Part shown: piece by piece, positions 38,289 through 50,500 of the stretch
Layout: the number at the start of each line of letters is the position of its first letter
Numbering within the stretch: position 1 is the stretch's first letter
Source: Utricularia gibba
Lineage: Eukaryota; Plantae; Magnoliophyta
NCBI GenBank assembly: GCA_002189035.1
Contig: NEEC01000020.1
Location: 558,001-622,000, forward strand
Reading direction: 5' to 3'
DNA length: 64,000 bases
Notes under the pieces: model-generated
What the model saw: only the letters and a program-made list of their open reading frames with translations
The model's database searches: none
What the model was told of the DNA's origin: nothing
Translations under genes and position numbers: made by a program

Positions 38289-40148
38289 TTACAAGGAAGG
38301 AAATGAAACAAACTGTCTGGGAAAGCTCAAGGCATTGTCCTCCAAGGGGGAGGCTCGCTGCTCCATCGAGCCAACCGGAATCTTGCCGGACGCTCCATGC
38401 TCCGGAAACGGCAAGAACGGCGTCGTTGGAACTGGTTTCATGGCGGATTTCATACCCACACCATAAGCAAATGTCTCCCCATTGCGGTTATTGCTCTGAG
38501 AAGAGTAGCTCGCGCCTGTCCACAATCCATTGCTCCTTGGTGCCAACAATCTCAGGTCCAGAGTCCAGTCGATGTTGGAGTAGTCAAACTGTGGAATGGA
38601 GCTGCCTGTGTTCCAGTCTACCAGAGAAGACGACCCTGATGCAGCACCATTGGCACCTTGCCTGGAATAAAGCCCCAGGGATGAAGACAATGCCGGTGAG
38701 GCACCCTCCCAGGCAGAGAAGGTATTGGACCGGCCGGAGACGTTGTTCGGAGTATTGTTGGAGAAGTGCTTCTGGTAGTGTTGATTGTAGGAAGGGGATG
38801 GATTACCATTACCCTGGCGAAGGCTTGCTGGGACGGTGGCAGGTGAAATCATCCCACTGAACTTCATCAAGTCCACGCTACTAGGATGCCGAGTCTCTGG
38901 AGGGGATGATCCTGCACTTGCGCTAGGAGACTGCTTTGCAGGGATAGATAGGGGTCGCTGCATAAGAAAGACTGGTTCTCCCAAAGACCCAAGCTGTAAG
39001 TTTTTCATATCATCTCCTAGTGTCAGGTGATGAGCTTGGATGCTGGATGGCGCAGGTGAAGAATGTAAAGAAGATGATACTGAAAAGGAAACAGGAGAAG
39101 ACCCTGAGCATGGCCATGTTCTGTCTGTGGAGACAGCGTTTGGATGCATCTTGCCAGAATCCATTTTAGGAAGTGGTTTTCTCAATGCCTTCAAACCACT
39201 CTTTGTACTATCATTAGTATAGTTGAAATCCTTTTCATCCCTTTTCTGTTGGACGCTGGTAGATGGTGCAACTTTTGGCTGTGCCTTTACCGCAGTCTGA
39301 TTTATTGAGGTCATCGACTTGGTATCAGCCACAGGTGGATGATGACCAGTTTCCTGGGATTTCGGAAGAGCAGCATTGTGCTCCTGCTTAGCTGCCTTCA
39401 ACATTTCTTCTGCCTTTCCGATATCACCCTCAGAAGCAACTACAGCTCTTTCAACTTCCTGCTTGCGAACTTTGTATCTTATTTCCAAATCTGTAATTTT
39501 TGCCAGCTCTTCTGATATATCTATTTTCAAATTCCCTGCATAATCTAGGTTATGTTCCAGGTGCTTGTCCTCTTCAGCACCTTCGAAAAGCCATGCTACT
39601 GATTCCTCTACCCTGCCCTCATTCATAATCAGCGCCATTGTTGCTCGTTCTAGAGGGAAGCCCATGGCCACAAGTTGTTGAGCTAATCCTTCAAGCTTCC
39701 TCGACATGAGATAGCCACTGCATCTCTCATGTAGTTCCTGAGCTCGTCGCTCCTTTTGCCTCTGATGCTTTCTCTCATTCTTAAGGCGTGTTTTCACTCT
39801 TTTGTCATTGTCAGCTCCTGGGATAGGCACCAGACGTGATGGTGGAGATGCTTTCTCTTTATTGTCTTTAGTGTCATCTGATTCTCCAGACCAACTGCCA
39901 GTGTTGGAAAGAGTATCATATTCAACCCCAGCTCCCAAGGGGTTCAAATTTTGATCTTCTGTATCATCTACGATATGGAATTGGCCATTCATATGAAAAG
40001 GTCTTGGAGTAGAGCCTGGTATGCTTTCAAATGTATGGGACGTTTCTGATAGAGGACTGTATCCATTTTCCAAGATCCCAAGAGTAGAATTCACAGAAAC
40101 TTTGGCAAGCTTTCTGTCTTTGGATTTAGAATTGGCTGCTGGAGACAT
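38289..40148 (-). CDS. UBA-domain protein, 619 aa, single coding exon
   Basis: Long ATG-initiated ORF. A coiled-coil (NERKHQRQKERRAQELHERC) is followed by the UBA signature QQLVAMGFPLERATMALIMNEGRVEESVAWL. Confidence 0.88.
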   Translation of the reverse strand: MSPAANSKSKDRKLAKVSVNSTLGILENGYSPLSETSHTFESIPGSTPRPFHMNGQFHIVDDTEDQNLNPLGAGVEYDTLSNTGSWSGESDDTKDNKEKASPPSRLVPIPGADNDKRVKTRLKNERKHQRQKERRAQELHERCSGYLMSRKLEGLAQQLVAMGFPLERATMALIMNEGRVEESVAWLFEGAEEDKHLEHNLDYAGNLKIDISEELAKITDLEIRYKVRKQEVERAVVASEGDIGKAEEMLKAAKQEHNAALPKSQETGHHPPVADTKSMTSINQTAVKAQPKVAPSTSVQQKRDEKDFNYTNDSTKSGLKALRKPLPKMDSGKMHPNAVSTDRTWPCSGSSPVSFSVSSSLHSSPAPSSIQAHHLTLGDDMKNLQLGSLGEPVFLMQRPLSIPAKQSPSASAGSSPPETRHPSSVDLMKFSGMISPATVPASLRQGNGNPSPSYNQHYQKHFSNNTPNNVSGRSNTFSAWEGASPALSSSLGLYSRQGANGAASGSSSLVDWNTGSSIPQFDYSNIDWTLDLRLLAPRSNGLWTGASYSSQSNNRNGETFAYGVGMKSAMKPVPTTPFLPFPEHGASGKIPVGSMEQRASPLEDNALSFPRQFVSFPSL

Positions 40149-40862
40149 GATGCCTGACCCAAGTCACGATTCACACTACAAAAAGAAAAGCGTGACTAGA
40201 AATGTTAGAATGAGTTCATAGGGACAATAAACCACTCATAGTTGAAAATGCATCAACTGTTCGAAAAATTGAGGTATCCAGGATTGAATCCTTGGCATCT
40301 CATCACACAAAATACCCATCTAACAAAAGACAATCTACATATAAAACGAGAACATGTTACTCTCGAAGCATCTATCCAAGATCAGCATTTCCAGCTGATC
40401 CTGCAACCCCGTGACATCAAATACCCAGTCCATCCCCCTATGTCTACCAAAAAATCATCAACCAGAGACCACGGGAAGAATACAGGCGTTGCTTTTTCAA
40501 ACGAAAATTTAACATGAATTACAAACCAGCGACCTTACAATACAAAAACCGCTCGAGGGATGCGCATCAGAAGATCAAAATAAATAGAAATCCCAAAAAT
40601 CCCCATCCAACTCTTTCCAATCCAAAACACCCACACAAACAATAATTCTTCGGTGCCCAGACAGTAATAGCCCTAGCTTCGATTGCACAAAAAAAAAAAA
40701 CAGAAATACACCACGGCTCACCTACAACAGATCGACCGGCAGGAGATGAGCGTTTCCGATTAGGAATCGGTATGAGGTCGGATGGGGAGATCGCGCAAGA
40801 GAGAAAAACGTGGACAGGACACTAAAGCAATGGAAGTTCGTCAATGCCAACACGACATATAT

Positions 40863-40866
<4 letters not shown>

Positions 40867-40926
<60 letters not shown>
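40867..40926. repeat. (AG)30 microsatellite / GAGA tract upstream of the UBA-domain gene
   Basis: Perfect dinucleotide run. Confidence 0.97.
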
Positions 40927-40927
<1 letters not shown>

Positions 40928-42721
40928 CTTCTTCCCCTTGGACCGGATTACAAATTACGTAAATAATATAAATAAACACAAAAATAAATTATTCTATTTT
41001 ATTAAATTTAAAATAATATATCATTTTTAAAAAAATTAATTACACTCAAGTTTGAAACTTAATTTTTGTGTACAAAGATATTATCAACATACATCATTAT
41101 TTAATTATTTTAAAATTTACAACGTTATAATACATATTATTATTTTTAAAAAAAGTTTTCAGTTTTCATTATTATCTCTCATATATGTCGGGTCCAAAGG
41201 TCACCAGAACACTGCACAAGCATATCGAAAACCCGAATCAAAGATCATCCTAACCACTTTTTATATGTTTTAAATTTATTTAAAATTTTAATAATATTTT
41301 CAGATATATTTTAATGACATCATAAATATTTATATTATATAATACATATATTAAAAAAGTTATAGAATTTAATATTAGAACTCGTTTGATAAGATGGCTT
41401 ATCTTAATAATATTGAATATAAATAAAATTAATTTACATATTAATATAAAACTTAAAAAAATTGGATATTTTATAGAGAATGTTATTTAAAATACCCATG
41501 TGTATATAAATTTTTCAAATAATTAAAAATAAATAATATTATATATACCAAAAATAAAAAAATAATTTGACGCATATAAAATAATTGAAGTCATATATAC
41601 ATTTAGTAATAAATAAAAAATATTTATATTTTTTTATATGGCTGCATTACTGTGGGAACGAATGATACGACCCATCCATATCAAACTACCTTTGATCGCA
41701 TAATGTTGAATCACACCTTGTACGATAAAATCCAATTTCTGAATTTATTAAAATATAGATGCTATATTTACGTGTTATATAATAATATCTCTAAATTTTT
41801 GTTTAATTATTTTTAAAATATTTTAGATTATTTTAATTGAAATTTGTACATGTCTATTTTTTTTCTTATCTAAAATCCATTTCTATATCAGAAAAAGGAA
41901 GTTGAAATTTATTATTCCTTGTGTCAAGGTGAAATCATGAGGCTAGTGTTTTGGAGTAGGTGAAAAAAATTATTTTTTAAAATTAAAATAAAAGAATTTT
42001 TTTGATTAATTAGTACAATTTTATAGGAAAAACGCTAAAAACTTATTTGAGAGGATATTAAATATTATTTTAATTTTTATATATAATAAAATAAAAATTC
42101 ATATAATAGATAGGCTTTGTTAATTTTATTATAGTAAAATATGATATTTTCTTTTTTAAAAAATATATATGATAAATAATTATATATAAATATTTTTAAA
42201 ATAATACACAAATTCAATTATAAATTTTTTCTTAAAAAAACTTGATAATTATAAAACAAATTTATATTTTTTAAAATAATTCATTATTGGCAAAAATTAA
42301 TTTTATCTATATTTAATACCTCATAAATTAAAACATATTATCGAACGAGTAAAGAAATTATATACTAACTACATTTTAAAGAATTAAGGATAGTATTTGA
42401 TTTTAATTAAATTGTATTTTAATATTCTCATATCGTATTATAACTATCAAATGCCCATTAATTTCTCATATAGTTCTTTTGACAATGTCCATCTACCGAT
42501 TTTGATTCCAATTTATTCCTTTTTTTATTTTTAGTGAATAAAAATAGTTTTTAAAGTATTTTTTTCAACAGCATTTATACCAAACAAATTTACGCAATCC
42601 TAGCATTATTCAAAAAATAAAAATACACATGAGAAAAAACAAAAATAGCCTGAAGGACGTGTGCGGTGATGGTGCACCGTATCAATGGTATAGACGCGCT
42701 AGGAATGGAGACAAACACAGC

Positions 42722-43513
42722 CTACCAAAACCACCACTTGACTCTGTAGCCGCAGTCATTGGCAAGAACCCGTGCACCGCTGCTCAGCGAATCCACCGCC
42801 ACGGTGCAGTCAACTTTAACTACGATTCTCCAAGTATTAGCAGATCCGACCCGAATCTTAACCGGAGCCCTAACCCGGACCTCGAAGGCGACTATCCCCA
42901 CCCTCTGTGAGCTGGCCAATAGGCTCCAAAGTCCGCTCCCCAAAACGACGTCGGTTCCGGTCAAGTTCGTCTGGATTAGGGTAACGTTGCGCGGTGGCTG
43001 GTAGAAGACCGGGAGAGCGCCGCTGCTGAGCAACTCGTCCTCGAAGTAAACGTTGGCGGTGCCGTCGTCCAAGTAATAGATTCCGACTTTTCCGTTCGGG
43101 TTATCGGCTCTGACGGTGACGTTGAACACGGGAGAAATTGGAGCGGTCGAGTTACCGTTGAGGTTGATTCCGCTGATCGCGACGTCGGTCACGCTGTAAT
43201 TGGGGGATTTGAAGCGGAACACGAGGTAGAGCACTCCGGCGGCGATTCCGAGCGCGATGATGAAGGAGATGATTAGGCAGAGGAAACAGCAGCAGCAGCG
43301 GCGGCAGCATCCACCGCCGCCGGATCCCCTGTGGCTGAGCGCTTCGAACCTCCTGACGTTCTCCGGCGGAGGTCGTCGGAGGATCTGATCCCTAGGAATC
43401 TGGACGACGTATGCCTCCCCGGTCACCGGCTGTGACTGCTTGGACGAGGAATCGAAGGATGGAGGCTGAGATGATGAGTCAACGGCGGAGGGATGGACTC
43501 TCGGAGTCGCCAT
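42722..43513 (-). CDS. NDR1/HIN1-like (NHL, LEA_2 domain) protein, 263 aa
   Basis: YVVQIPRDQI, a Cys-rich CCRRCCCC before a TM helix, then FKSPNYSV, VRADNPNGKVGIYY and LPVFYQPPRN. Confidence 0.92.
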   Translation of the reverse strand: MATPRVHPSAVDSSSQPPSFDSSSKQSQPVTGEAYVVQIPRDQILRRPPPENVRRFEALSHRGSGGGGCCRRCCCCFLCLIISFIIALGIAAGVLYLVFRFKSPNYSVTDVAISGINLNGNSTAPISPVFNVTVRADNPNGKVGIYYLDDGTANVYFEDELLSSGALPVFYQPPRNVTLIQTNLTGTDVVLGSGLWSLLASSQRVGIVAFEVRVRAPVKIRVGSANTWRIVVKVDCTVAVDSLSSGARVLANDCGYRVKWWFW

Positions 43514-44329
43514 TTTCCCAGCACAAAAGAAGCTTAGCTCTGAGGGCGTCGTACGTCACACAATTTAAACGGAAACTAAAGCGCGTCGCGGGCTGGGGAA
43601 AACGCGTACCTCAGGTGCTACGCCTAAGAGGCGCGTCAGTTTAGTAGAGTAGACATTTTCTACGAAAAAAAGATACATATTAAATTTTGGTTGAAAAATT
43701 CCAGATGTTACTTCTTTACCATCTCAAACATTTATTTATGATAAAATTATAATAACATTTTAAACATTTTAAAGAGTATATGATGTACGATTGTAATCAG
43801 AACAATGTCATGATTTAAGGGACAAATTGTTATAAAATAAAAAATTGAGAAATATATAATTTAATTTTGAAACCTGAAAATTAAATTGTTTATACTGATT
43901 ATAATTTAGAAAATTTTCCTCAAACTCTACCCATTTATTTATATAAAATATTATTTCAATTCATTAAAAATAGAATAAAATAATAAAAAAACTAAAAAAG
44001 CCTCAATTCAATGCGAGATTCTTTTGAATCTTGCTCCAATTTTGACATACTTTTTCAACTTGTAGGCATAAATCTGACTGTTTTTTCACACTGTTTATTA
44101 AAAATATATATTTTTTAAATATTCGATATATGAATATATTATAAAAATAAAATTTGAAATAAATTCAACAGAAAATAACCATAATAAAATAAAATGATAA
44201 AAAATAGTGAGGTACAAACTCTTTCACAATCCACTACCTAAGAGTTGGCATCGTGTATCAGGGATTATGCTACTGGAAGCAAAATGCGTTATGCGATGTA
44301 GGTTGGGGGAGGAGCTTGCAGCCGTTATT

Positions 44330-44610
44330 CTTGCTCAGGCAACTTTCTCCCTCTGCTTTGAAAATCCTTGCTTCAGCTCTTCCAGTATTGAACCGCGAAA
44401 AATTCTCTGGTTTCAGATCCCGATGAATCACGCCCATGGAACGGCGCGATCTGAAGGATCGTGCGCAGCCGCGATGCGGCGGCGTGTTCCGCGTAACGTC
44501 TGAGGGCGATTATCCGATCGCAAGATTCGCCGCCGGCGCAGAGGTCCACATGTTCGGCGGCTTGTCAGATTATGCGTGATGGGAGCCTCTATGCGAAAGT
44601 CTTCGGTATC
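44330..44610 (-). pseudogene. Collapsed calcium-dependent protein kinase (CDPK) relic
   Basis: With frame changes the minus strand gives DTEDFRIEAPITHNLT, DLCAGGESCDRIIALRRYAEHAAASRLRTILQI, SMGVIHRDLKPENF, and then directly ILEELKQGFSKQ (EF-hand region). Confidence 0.85.
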
Positions 44611-44922
44611 TTATTTTTGGAGCAATTTTATTCATGTCAAATTCTGAATAATTAAATTATTAAATACTATACGACATAATTAAAAATTTAAAAAATAGAA
44701 GGTATTTGCATCAACACAATAAAATCACGTGGATCGAAACGAGTGGGGGCGGGAAAGCAGGGGGCGGTTACGGGATCAGGTTTTCTCACTGGAGAAGAAG
44801 ACCATCTCTCATCAACAAGAACGAGAACCAGAAGCAGAGGAAGCGGAGGAAGACACGAAAAAGAACCCATTGAATCTGACCGGAAAACCGATCGGGATGA
44901 GCAGGCGGCATCGACGGAGAGA

Positions 44923-46923
44923 ATGAAACCCAGAATCCCGAATTCGATCAACTCTGGTGCGATCTGGGGCCATTGCAGAGCTCCACTGATATTCGCCTTA
45001 ACCCTCTACTTCCTCTTCACCGTCTCCGATTTCTTCTCCTTCTCCGCCAGCGAGAACCCACAATTCGATTCCCCGACGAATCTCAACCATCTGCTCTTCG
45101 GCCTCCTTGGAACCGACCAGGCCTGGCAATTCCGCCGGAACTACATCGAGTCGTGGTGGCGCCCGAAGGTAACTCGGGGATTCCTCTTCCTCGACAAGTC
45201 TCCTAACCCGTCGCTCCTCCCATGGTCGGAATCCTCTCCCCCGTACCGAATTTCTTCGGATCTACGGGAGTTTCTCAACAGATCAGATGTCAAGGCACAG
45301 AGGATGGTGAATGGGATCATGGAGGTAGTGCGGGAGGTTGAAAATTCGAATTCGTTTTCCAATCTGAGATGGCTGGTGATGGGCGACGACGATTCGATTT
45401 TCTTCGTGGATAACCTTGTGGATGTGCTCTCGAAATACGATCACCGGAAGTATCAGTACCTGGGGGCGCAGTCGGAGTTCATCTTCTCCAACTACTGGTT
45501 CTCCTTCAATCAGGCGTTCGGCGGCGGAGGGATTATCCTCAGCTTCCCGTTGGCCAGAGCTCTGGCCAGAGACATGAGGAACTGCTTGAAACGATACGTC
45601 TATCTCAACTCCGCCGACAACACCACCAGGGCTTGCATTTCCGATATCGGATCGGAGCTCTCTCCTCACCGGGGAACCCATCAGGTACTCGGAAGCTTAA
45701 AATAGAAACCTTTCTATTTCTGAATTTCTGAAATAAAATGTTATTTTTAAAAATGGGTGTAGTTTGTTAGTATAACTATAAATTATCATAAGTATAAATA
45801 GTTTAATTCTTCAATTTTCAAAATTGTATTATCTGCCCTTCAGTTTAACTTTTGTGTAAATAGTTTATTTTTAAACTTATAAAATTATATATTTAACCTT
45901 TTATATTTAAAGTTTGTTGTACGATTTTAATAATTGTTTGGATCTTTATTGTATATTTAATCATTTCATGTTTAATTTTTAATATTTTGGTCTTAGTTGT
46001 TTGATTTATTTTTTAAAAAATTATTGAAATCTTCATTGTATAATTTTGATAAATTAAAGTATTTTTATATAATTTTAAAAATTACGAAATTAAAACATTT
46101 ATATTGATCTTAATTTGAAATATTATTATTGTAATTTTATTACTAAAAAATGTAAAATAGAATAATAGGAGTGATCGAATCTACTGTCCCCATGCAGCTC
46201 GACTTTCGCGGGGACATTTCCGGCCTGCTGTCAGCCCATCCGCTGTCCCCCGTGCTCTCCCTTCACCATTTCGAGTTCGTGGAGCCAATATTTCCGGCGA
46301 TGGACCGGTACAGTGGCGCGCGCCACCTGATGAAGGCGGCGGCCGCCGACCAGTCACGGATGCTGCAGCAGACCATCTGCCACCACCGGGGAACCGGTGG
46401 TCGGTGTCGATCTCGTGGGGGTACGCGGCGTACATCTACGAGAGCATTCTGCCGCGGAGCCATCTGCAGGCTCCGATAGAGACGTTCCAGAAATGGATCG
46501 ACACGCCGGGGCCGCCGCACTACATGTTCAACACGCGCCTCCCGCCCACGGAGCCCTGCCTGACCCCCCACACCTTCCATCTCGAGTCGGTGCGGAAGGC
46601 TCCCATGGGCCACGAAGTACGGACCACGTACTCCCGCTCCGCCGCGCGCGGGAGGTCGCCGTGCGATCCCAGAAACGGGCGATCGGCGGACTTCGTCCGT
46701 GTGATTCAGGTCCTTTCTCCGGCGACGAAGAGGACCGAGGTCAGTGCCTCCTCCTTCCTCCTCCTACCTCCCAACTCTGTACGCCTTACAGATAATGCAT
46801 TTCTCTTTCTCTTTCTCTTTGGTGCAGACCGATCGGTGCGAGTGCTGCGATGTGATCAGAGTGGGAGCTGAGAATTTGCAGGTGAGGATCAGAAGGTGCG
46901 TTACAGGCGAAGTCATAGCTTAG
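44923..46923 (+). CDS. DUF604 fringe-like glycosyltransferase; apparent -1 frameshift in a G run at ~46390
   Basis: Exons 44923-45684, 46198-46739 and 46828-46923. Motifs RWLVMGDDDSIFF, AFGGGGIILS, QLDFRGDISGLLSAHP, SISWGY. One G is missing in cac cac cgg gg aac cgg tgg. Confidence 0.85.
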
Positions 46924-47791
46924 GTTTGCGGCCAAAGGAAATTTTGTTGGATCCCACGGTGGGACCCACTTCTATAGTGGGCCCATTCTGTTTTTTTTTT
47001 TTTTTAATTTTATAATTAACAAATTTCATTTTGCTTTACATTATATAATATAAAATTTAAATTTAAATATGTTTTGATAAAACATGAAAATTTATTTTAT
47101 ATTAAATAATATATATTATATATATATGATTAATTAATAATATATATTAATATAATATGTCATTTATGTCGTACTCGATATAAGATATCTTTTGAAAATC
47201 AACATAATATCATTTTTCAAATCTCAAGATTTCATTGTACGACTTGGCTCTCATGGGTCAATACGATCGATTCGGAATAAGCTTCTAAAAAGTATGTTGT
47301 GTGTATCTTAAACTATCATGATTTATAAAATATAGTAAGATTTCTATCATATGTTTCATGGAAAAAAAAGCATAGACTTAAAATTAACATAATACCATAT
47401 TTCAAGTTCCAGCCTTCATCGGCCGATCACTCTGTTATGGTTCAATGCGACCATTTTGAATTGTGCTTAGAAATGGTATATTGTGTGTAGTAAAAATCAT
47501 CAGGTTTGTAATCATAAAGTAGTCTAATTTATATTTAATAACGAATTAAAGCATTTTAAATTCATTAAGACGGGTCGGTACTCTGGATTCAACCCGCATA
47601 TCCAACGAATCGGATTCGGATCATCGGATTCGGGTGATCCGAATCCACGAACTAGCTCTAGCATGATGGGCCTTGTAGCCCAATTACATGTACGCCGGCC
47701 CAACCCGAAAAAACAAGTAATTAAAAAAGAAAATAGTTTTCTTCATTCCCCCGTTTGCGTTTTGAACGATTACGGTTTGTCTGTGTGCCCG

Positions 47792-49713
47792 ATGGAGGAT
47801 TTACAGGCAGCTTGCGGGGACGTTGCCGGCAACAATGGAGAGGGAGGATCCAACTCTACTCTGCCGCAGGATGCCAGCGTTTCCTGTGGAGTGGAACCGC
47901 ATCAGCTGACTTCAGTGACGGCGGAAGTGGAAAACGAACTTGGGCTGTCGGAGAGGCGAGCAGGAGGTGTTGAGGAAGAGGGGAATAATGATGACCTTGG
48001 AGGTGCCGTGATGGAAGAAGTTTCAAATCTTGGATCATCTGATGGCCGAGAGAGGGAAAAAATTGATAGTGATGGCGGCGACGATTCTCGAAATGAAGTG
48101 GTGGGAGAGGAAGAGGAAGCAGTGGAGGAGCCTTTGTTGAAGAAGCAAAAGCGGGTATTGGATTTACCGAATTCGGATGGATTCGAGCCGGAGAAGAGTG
48201 TTGTAGGTATTGAAGAAGAGGACAATAACGGTACTACTAGGGATTTTCTGATGGAAGGAGTTTCAAATCCTGGCCAGAAAACGCTTAAAATTGGACATGA
48301 TAGCGAGGAAGATTCTCGAAATGAAGTATTGAAAGAGGAAGGAGAAGCAGAGGAGGAACCTGACTTGAAGAAACCAAAGCAGCTCCCGGATTTACCGCGT
48401 TCCGTTGAATTCGAACAGGACGTAACAGAAACGCCGCCGCCGGGGGCAGCGGCTGAGATAATTCCGGAGCAAACGGGAAGAGGAAAACAACCAAGCGGAA
48501 AAACATGGAAGAAATCGAAGAAAAGTAAGGATGTGTGGACAACAACAACTCGGAAGGGAAAGAAAAAGCTGAAGAACTTTACAAAGGCTAATCAAACCTC
48601 GCAGAATCCCTCTATTGACGATGCTGCAGCAGAAGAGAAGCTGTTCATTACCCCAATCCCTAGATTTCCTGATCGAAGCGATGATGGCCCAGAAATGAAA
48701 ATCAGCCTTTCTAAGGTTTACAAGGCAGAAAAAGTTGAACTGAGTGATGATAGGCTATCTGCAAGCAGCACAAAGGGGTATAGAATGGTGAGAGCAACTC
48801 GTGGGGTGAGTGAAGGTGCTTGGTACTTTGAGATTACAGTTACACATTTGGGGGAATCCGGACATACGAGGTTAGGTTGGTCGACTGAGAAGGCGGATTT
48901 GCAGGCACCGGTAGGATATGATGAGAATAGTTATGGTTATAGAGATGTTGATGGGAGTAAAGTCCATAAGGCATTGAGAGAGAAGTATGGAGCTGAAGGC
49001 TACAAAGAAGGTGATGTACTAGGATTTTACATAAATTTGCCTGATGGTGAGTCCTATGCTCCGGCACCTCGACGACTCGTTTGGCACAAGGGCAACGTTA
49101 TGTTTGTGCTACTGAAGACAAGGAAGATGCCCCCAAAAAGGTTCCAGGTAATTTCTTTGAGCTTGTGATGATGATATCGTATTCTGTTTTGAGGTGTTAG
49201 ATTACTTCATACGGTATTTGCCATTTCTTTTCAGCTGAGGTGAATTTTCTGTTAGCCTTTTACAAGAAAATGAATATCATTAATACTTGTACATTAAGTT
49301 CGGTACTTGGCATATGCATACAATGGTCTAGCAATTTTGGAGTGTTCCATAATCAGTAGTAGTTATTTATTTGATTCTCTATTCTAACTCTTGGAAAATT
49401 TTCTATTCTAATGATTTTATATATATATATATATATCAGGAAGTGAGATATCCTACTTCAAAAACGGACTTTTCCAGGGTGCTGCATTCACAGAAATTTA
49501 TGGTGGTCGGTACTACCCGCAGCTTCAATGTACACGCTTCCAAATCAGCCAGCTTGTGTCGTTAAGTTTAACTTTGGTCCTGACTTTGAAAGCTTCCCTG
49601 AAGACTTTGGTGGATCACCTGCACCAAGGCCAATGAGTGAAGTCCCATACCAAAGTTATGATGACAGAGTTGTTGAAAACGGTGTGTCCAGTTACCAACA
49701 CAGTAATAGTTAA
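47792..49713 (+). CDS. TRO: TRAUCO/ASH2R (COMPASS subunit, SPRY domain); two apparent -1 frameshifts
   Basis: [55 protein letters not shown]. Intron 49147-49439. C-terminus [15 protein letters not shown]. Single bases are missing at ~49091 and ~49517. Confidence 0.88.
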
Positions 49714-50500
49714 CCAGTTTCCATAGTACCAAGTAATCTGACTTGAGGCATTGTTTCCTTTCGTTGCGTTCTAATATTGTCATAATTTCTACATGGTAAT
49801 CCACTGGTGGCTGATGCAGAATTTCTACAGTAACAATATAGAATTCTTGATACGTTTTGAATATGATACAGGCTATTCTCTCTATATATGCCGCTATTGG
49901 AGATGCTCCTTGAATTTTTTATTTGGAGAGCAATTTCTATCTTTTCATTCCTTGCCTTTTTTGATATATTGTGATTGCTGCGAAGGTTCAATGCTTTTCG
50001 TGCTTTTTGTTGGTTGGAAAGTGGGAAGTGGGAGTTTCAGAATGCTGAACTCTGAAATATTGTATCTGATGACAGGGAATTCATGGAATAGTTCCAAAAT
50101 GTGCCATATGGTCAACGAGGGAAACACTGAGATCGTGAAAGCTGGTTAAGAATAGCCAGGCGGGCCGTGTTCTGTAAGTAGAATGAGCTGTTTGACTGTG
50201 TACATGCGGATCATGCTCTTGTCTCTCGCATGCTACCAGCTAGTGGAAACATGCTGAATCTATGCTTGTAGTATCAATGAAAGCCTTGTTTTTTTTTTTT
50301 TTCCATAGCCCCTCTTTAGCTATAAACTTTTTTATTTTTCTTATATTTGGGGACATCGGATAAATAGGAGCATTGCAGAAAAGATTACTATTCAATACCT
50401 AAACATTTCCCTTGTAACAAAGGCACCATGACAAGTGATGTGTACAGAAAAATGGCAGAGTTCTTGACATTCTGGACAGTGACAGCCATGGAAGAGGTAT

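Noticed and set aside
40722-41030. ORFs with (ER)n / (SL)n runs
   Set aside because: Translation artefacts of the (AG)30 microsatellite.
44420-44505. C/D snoRNA-like pattern on the plus strand (CCC-GATGA..CTGA..CTGA-GGG)
   Set aside because: No rRNA complementarity found, and the sequence is explained as the antisense of the CDPK relic.
47590-47650. GGATTCGG/CCGAATCC short hairpin and repeats upstream of TRO
   Set aside because: Only an 8-bp stem, with no termini or TSD to support a transposon or RNA.
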